Shown here: positions 60,536 through 64,000 of the stretch, one piece after another
Position numbering within the stretch: the stretch's first letter is position 1
Layout of the letters: each line of letters opens with the position of its first letter
Assembly: GCA_037441675.1 (NCBI GenBank)
Contig: JBBIRS010000009.1
Span: 1 to 64,000, forward strand
DNA from: Planctomycetales bacterium
GTDB lineage: Bacteria; 4484-113
Reading direction: 5' to 3'
Length of the DNA stretch: 64,000 nt
The notes under the pieces: generated by a model
Told to the model about the DNA's origin: nothing
The model's input: the letters and a program-made list of their open reading frames with translations, nothing else
Database searches by the model: none
Program-made: the position numbers and the translations under genes

Positions 60536-61132
60536 TTAGAAGGATAAATGAGCTCCTTCAATAATATTCAACTCGCCGGTCTTTATATCAAATTCCGCTT
60601 TTCCTGCGCTTACTTCAAAAGCTGGGTCTTTTATAATTACTTTTTCTATTGTTACCTTAAAAGCTCTTCTATCCCACACCAATCTCTTCGCGCTAAATCT
60701 CTGACCGAGTGGAGTAATCTCACCTGATAGGGAACCAGAAACTTCCGCCATGTCTTCAATAACTTTATACGTGAGAAACTTCGCCATGAAGTAGAGCTTT
60801 CTATCGCCTTCAAAGTTTAATTCAAACTCCGCAAAAGGAATGCTAACAACTCCTTTAACACTGACGCCATAATCTGAGCGGATACGCATTTTCACGGAAC
60901 CGTCCGCATTGGAAAGAATGACTTCTGTTCCCTTCACCTCTATCTGCGGAGATTCAACAATTATGTTCTTTGATGCGCTAGCCTCTCCACCTCCATCTTT
61001 CTGAAGAAGCGCCTCGGTTAGTTCACCATTATTCTCCTGAGGTGTCCTTAATCCAAAGGAAACAAATAGAAGAATAATCGCGCAAATTAGAGTAATAAAT
61101 AGCCAGATAAGCCTTCTTCTTAGGATAAACAC
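60536..61132 (-). CDS. LptC-like single-TM periplasmic protein
   Basis: N-terminal TM, then beta-rich repeats (FSAKRLVWD, VSAGKAEFD). Confidence 0.45.
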   Translation of the reverse strand: MFILRRRLIWLFITLICAIILLFVSFGLRTPQENNGELTEALLQKDGGGEASASKNIIVESPQIEVKGTEVILSNADGSVKMRIRSDYGVSVKGVVSIPFAEFELNFEGDRKLYFMAKFLTYKVIEDMAEVSGSLSGEITPLGQRFSAKRLVWDRRAFKVTIEKVIIKDPAFEVSAGKAEFDIKTGELNIIEGAHLSF

Positions 61133-61208
61133 CCTACATTATTATGACGTATTTTACAAAAGATTAGCGGATACTTGCCGGGCGTACTTGTCTTCAAGGC
61201 AAAGGAGC

Positions 61209-61577
61209 TTATCTTACGCTTCTTCTTCTAAAGAAGGCGCGTTCGCACAACTTACAGCGCCACCTTTCAATGTTTATGTCTAGCCAAATGAGATCAAACA
61301 CCAAAAGTAGGAAGAGACAAAGTGTTCCAATTGTAAGCCAAGGATCGATATAGCTATAAAGAAGATAGTTGCCAACGGTGAGTCCTCCGACAAGAACGAA
61401 GAGAATCGCCAGAATCCAGGCGGGCCAGTGGGAAAGAGATGAGAAGTCTGAAAAGAGAAGAATGGCAAATCTTGGAAGCAACCCCGGCGGTAGTGTAGGG
61501 AATGCCTCCCCTCCACAGACCGGACAGGAGATGGATTTGACAGGTCGCATTAAGCGCAATTTTCTATACTTAGGCAA
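61209..61577 (-). CDS. Small membrane protein with a split zinc ribbon
   Basis: CPVC before and CKLC after two TM helices. Confidence 0.55.
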   Translation of the reverse strand: MPKYRKLRLMRPVKSISCPVCGGEAFPTLPPGLLPRFAILLFSDFSSLSHWPAWILAILFVLVGGLTVGNYLLYSYIDPWLTIGTLCLFLLLVFDLIWLDINIERWRCKLCERAFFRRRSVR

Positions 61578-61677
61578 TACGCTAATGATTATATTAAATT
61601 AGCAGAAACAGAGGAGCAACCCATCTATTCAATAGATTAAAAAAACTTAGCTAGCATAATAATCTTGAGACCTCAGA

Positions 61678-62811
61678 CTAATCGTGAGGTGTTTTCATAT
61701 TCATTCCGGGACCTGCGTTAGCGACTTGAGCCATTTCTCCAACCAATGTGGCATTGGCTACGCTAATCTGCACCGCAATATTCTGGGCTACAGAGATAAA
61801 CTCCTGACTCACTTTGCTTTCAGGTGCGCCAATTACCACAGGTTTCCCCATATCATCGCCCTGCCTCATCCTCGAATCAAGTGGTATCGCGCCTAAGAAT
61901 GGGATGCCAAGCCTCAAGCAAAGCTTTTCACCTCCACCTCGGGCAAAAATGTCGTGCTCCTTTCCACAGTTGTCGCAGACAAAGTAGCTCATATTCTCGA
62001 TTGCACCAAGGACGTGAACGTTCATCTTTCTAAACAAGCCGACAACCTTTCCCGCTATTACGCTAGCCATTGCCTGGGGCGTGGTGACAACGATTGCGCC
62101 AGCAAGCGGAATAGACTGCGTGAGGGTGAGCTGGGCATCGCCGGTGCCAGGTGGAAGGTCTACTATCAAGTAATCTAGCTCACCCCAATCAACGTCCCTT
62201 AGGAATTGCTGAACAAGACTATGCACCATCGGTCCACGCCAAATTACCGCTTGGTCAGTGTTTATCAGAAATCCGAGACTCATTAACTTTAAGCCGTGCT
62301 TCTCGATTGGTTGAATCTTCCTTGCCTCATTAATTTCGGGTTGCTCATGAACTCCAAGAATGATTGGAAGGCTTGGTCCATACACATCAGCGTCCATTAG
62401 CCCAACCTTTGCACCAAGTCTAGCAAGGGCGAGGGCAATATTCACCGCAACTGTAGACTTACCGACGCCACCCTTTCCGGAAGCTACAGCTATAACGTTC
62501 TTGACACTCTTCATCATTTCTTGAAGCTCCATCAACTGCTCCGTACGGCTTGTAACTTTTGCTGAGAGCTCAGCGTTCACATTCTCAACCCAATCTAGAG
62601 ATTTGACCGCGGTGATAGCTTGGTCGCGAAACATATTTTTTACGGGACAGGCAGGAGTGGTAAGCTCAATTGTGAACGCGACGTTTCCACTGCAGATTCG
62701 CAAGTCTTTGATAAAGCCTAGCGTGACTATATCCCGATGAAGGTCAGGATCCTGAACCGCTGATAAAGCCTTCAAAACCTCTTGTTCTTTTTGTTCGTTT
62801 GTTAATTCCAC
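61678..62811 (-). CDS. mrp: Mrp/ApbC (NBP35) Fe-S carrier ATPase with an N-terminal DUF59 domain
   Basis: DPDL..DIV; TTPACP; GKGGVGKST; DADVYGPS; WRGP; DLPPGTGD; ENMS..CDNC. Confidence 0.95.
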   Translation of the reverse strand: MELTNEQKEQEVLKALSAVQDPDLHRDIVTLGFIKDLRICSGNVAFTIELTTPACPVKNMFRDQAITAVKSLDWVENVNAELSAKVTSRTEQLMELQEMMKSVKNVIAVASGKGGVGKSTVAVNIALALARLGAKVGLMDADVYGPSLPIILGVHEQPEINEARKIQPIEKHGLKLMSLGFLINTDQAVIWRGPMVHSLVQQFLRDVDWGELDYLIVDLPPGTGDAQLTLTQSIPLAGAIVVTTPQAMASVIAGKVVGLFRKMNVHVLGAIENMSYFVCDNCGKEHDIFARGGGEKLCLRLGIPFLGAIPLDSRMRQGDDMGKPVVIGAPESKVSQEFISVAQNIAVQISVANATLVGEMAQVANAGPGMNMKTPHD

Positions 62812-63176
62812 AATTATGAACCTAAAGAAGAATTACAGTTAGTATTTGACTACTTTAAATTTTATCCTATAAAGAAAGAAAATAACTTGTAATGGGATTT
62901 AGTGAGAACATTTAGGTTGAACGAGATTTTTGCTAAAAAAGGGGGTCCGCCAGAAATTTTTGAGAGTTTGAGCTTGAAAACTTGAGGGTTTGACAGAAGT
63001 TGGAAACAAAAGTGGCTAGCTCTTCTAATCGCGAGTGGCTCTATGCTACCAGTTGTCCCGATTTATAGTTATTAGCTGAACTTCGCTTTTCACGGGTTGT
63101 GGAAGAGATAAATATGGCTAGCATTCATTTTGTAGTATCATCCGCCGAGCAAGTGGTCGGTAACTTTCAGCCAGCC

Positions 63177-63452
63177 TTAGTCTGAACCTTCACCCGATGG
63201 TTTCGAAAGTTCCTTCTTCCGGGTGATGTCTTTCCCCGTGACTCTTTCTCCGCCACTGCTAGTTTTAGAGGAAGAGCTCTTATAATCAGTGATGTGGAAG
63301 CCACTGCCACGAAAGATTATTCCTGCAGGGGATAGCAGACGGAGCGCAGGACCACCACATTTCTCGCATTTGCGCTTTCCATTCCTGGAAAATCCCGTTA
63401 ACACTTCAAAGGTATGTCCACAACTTTCGCATCTGTATTCGTAAATAGGCAT
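63177..63452 (-). CDS. FmdB-family zinc ribbon protein
   Basis: MPIYEYRCESCG..CEKCG..FRGSGFHITDY. Confidence 0.92.
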   Translation of the reverse strand: MPIYEYRCESCGHTFEVLTGFSRNGKRKCEKCGGPALRLLSPAGIIFRGSGFHITDYKSSSSKTSSGGERVTGKDITRKKELSKPSGEGSD

Positions 63453-63545
63453 AGTTCATCACCATTTATAGAAAAGATAGTATCTCAATAAATGCTTAAA
63501 ATAAAATTAAATAAGTTTATCTTCTCTAAACTAAATTATCTATAC

Positions 63546-64000
63546 CTAAGGAGCATTCACTAACTCAGGTTCAACGCTCACGGGCGTTTCACCTATGCCA
63601 AAGATAAATTCACCATTAACGAAATCAACTACCACTTTATCGCCCTCTTTAATTTGCCCTGCGACAAGTTTCTGAGAAAGGGGATTTACAATAAGGCGCT
63701 GAATTGTCCGCTTCATTGGGCGCGCACCGAAGGATGGATCAAAGCCTTCTTCCGCTAGCTTGTCCAGAACTCTGTCAGTCACTGTGAGGTGAATCTTTTG
63801 CTCAGAAAGCCTATCGGAAAATTCCTTAAGAAGGAGCTGTGCAATTTGTTTCACTTCATCCTTGCTTAACTGATGAAACACCACAACTTCGTCAATGCGA
63901 TTTAAGAACTCTGGGCTAACCCTGCTTTTTAGCATACTGAACAGAGTTTCCTGGACTTCTCGGTAACTTTTAGCTGGATCAACTGTTGCAACCTGATTAA
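63546..64000 (-). CDS. ClpC/ClpB-family AAA+ ATPase, C-terminal part (runs off the window)
   Basis: PEFLNRIDEVVVF; GFDPSFGARPMKRTIQ. Confidence 0.92.
   Translation of the reverse strand, partial: NQVATVDPAKSYREVQETLFSMLKSRVSPEFLNRIDEVVVFHQLSKDEVKQIAQLLLKEFSDRLSEQKIHLTVTDRVLDKLAEEGFDPSFGARPMKRTIQRLIVNPLSQKLVAGQIKEGDKVVVDFVNGEFIFGIGETPVSVEPELVNAP

Noticed and set aside
63010..63125. Possible stem GCTAGCTCTTC/GAAGAG..GCTAGC upstream of mrp
   Set aside because: Pairing is short and interrupted, with no supporting promoter or terminator.

Overview
64 kb of mostly core chromosome from a deep-branching, apparently diderm bacterium; lineage cannot be assigned without a 16S search. The window opens inside a 16S rRNA gene that is followed by a terminator rather than tRNA/23S genes. 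It carries ABC exporters, a VIT-vWA protein, HerA with a NurA-like partner, rplY, a MacAB-like cassette, a metal cluster (P1B ATPase, DUF2318, ABC), bshC, ubiX, a SIR2-TPR fusion, Wzy/Wzc-like genes, rpsF-rpsR-rplI, tagA-ftsEX-M23-ctpA, tRNA-Thr, thrS-glmU-prs, Lpt-like genes, malic enzyme, gpmI, mrp and the 3' end of a Clp ATPase. There is no CRISPR array, transposase, integrase or prophage. The most interesting signal is an unannotated ~345-nt multi-helix RNA at 9003-9350 with its own sigma70-type promoter and a U-tract end, which lacks the hallmark motifs of RNase P, tmRNA, SRP and group I/II introns. Other highlights are the SIR2-TPR fusion coupled to ubiX, an apparently inactivated NurA beside HerA, three GTAG-type REP clusters, a probable AUU start for ftsX, a Wzc pseudokinase and three decaying pseudogene loci. 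All calls come from motif recognition and hand folding; no searches were run.
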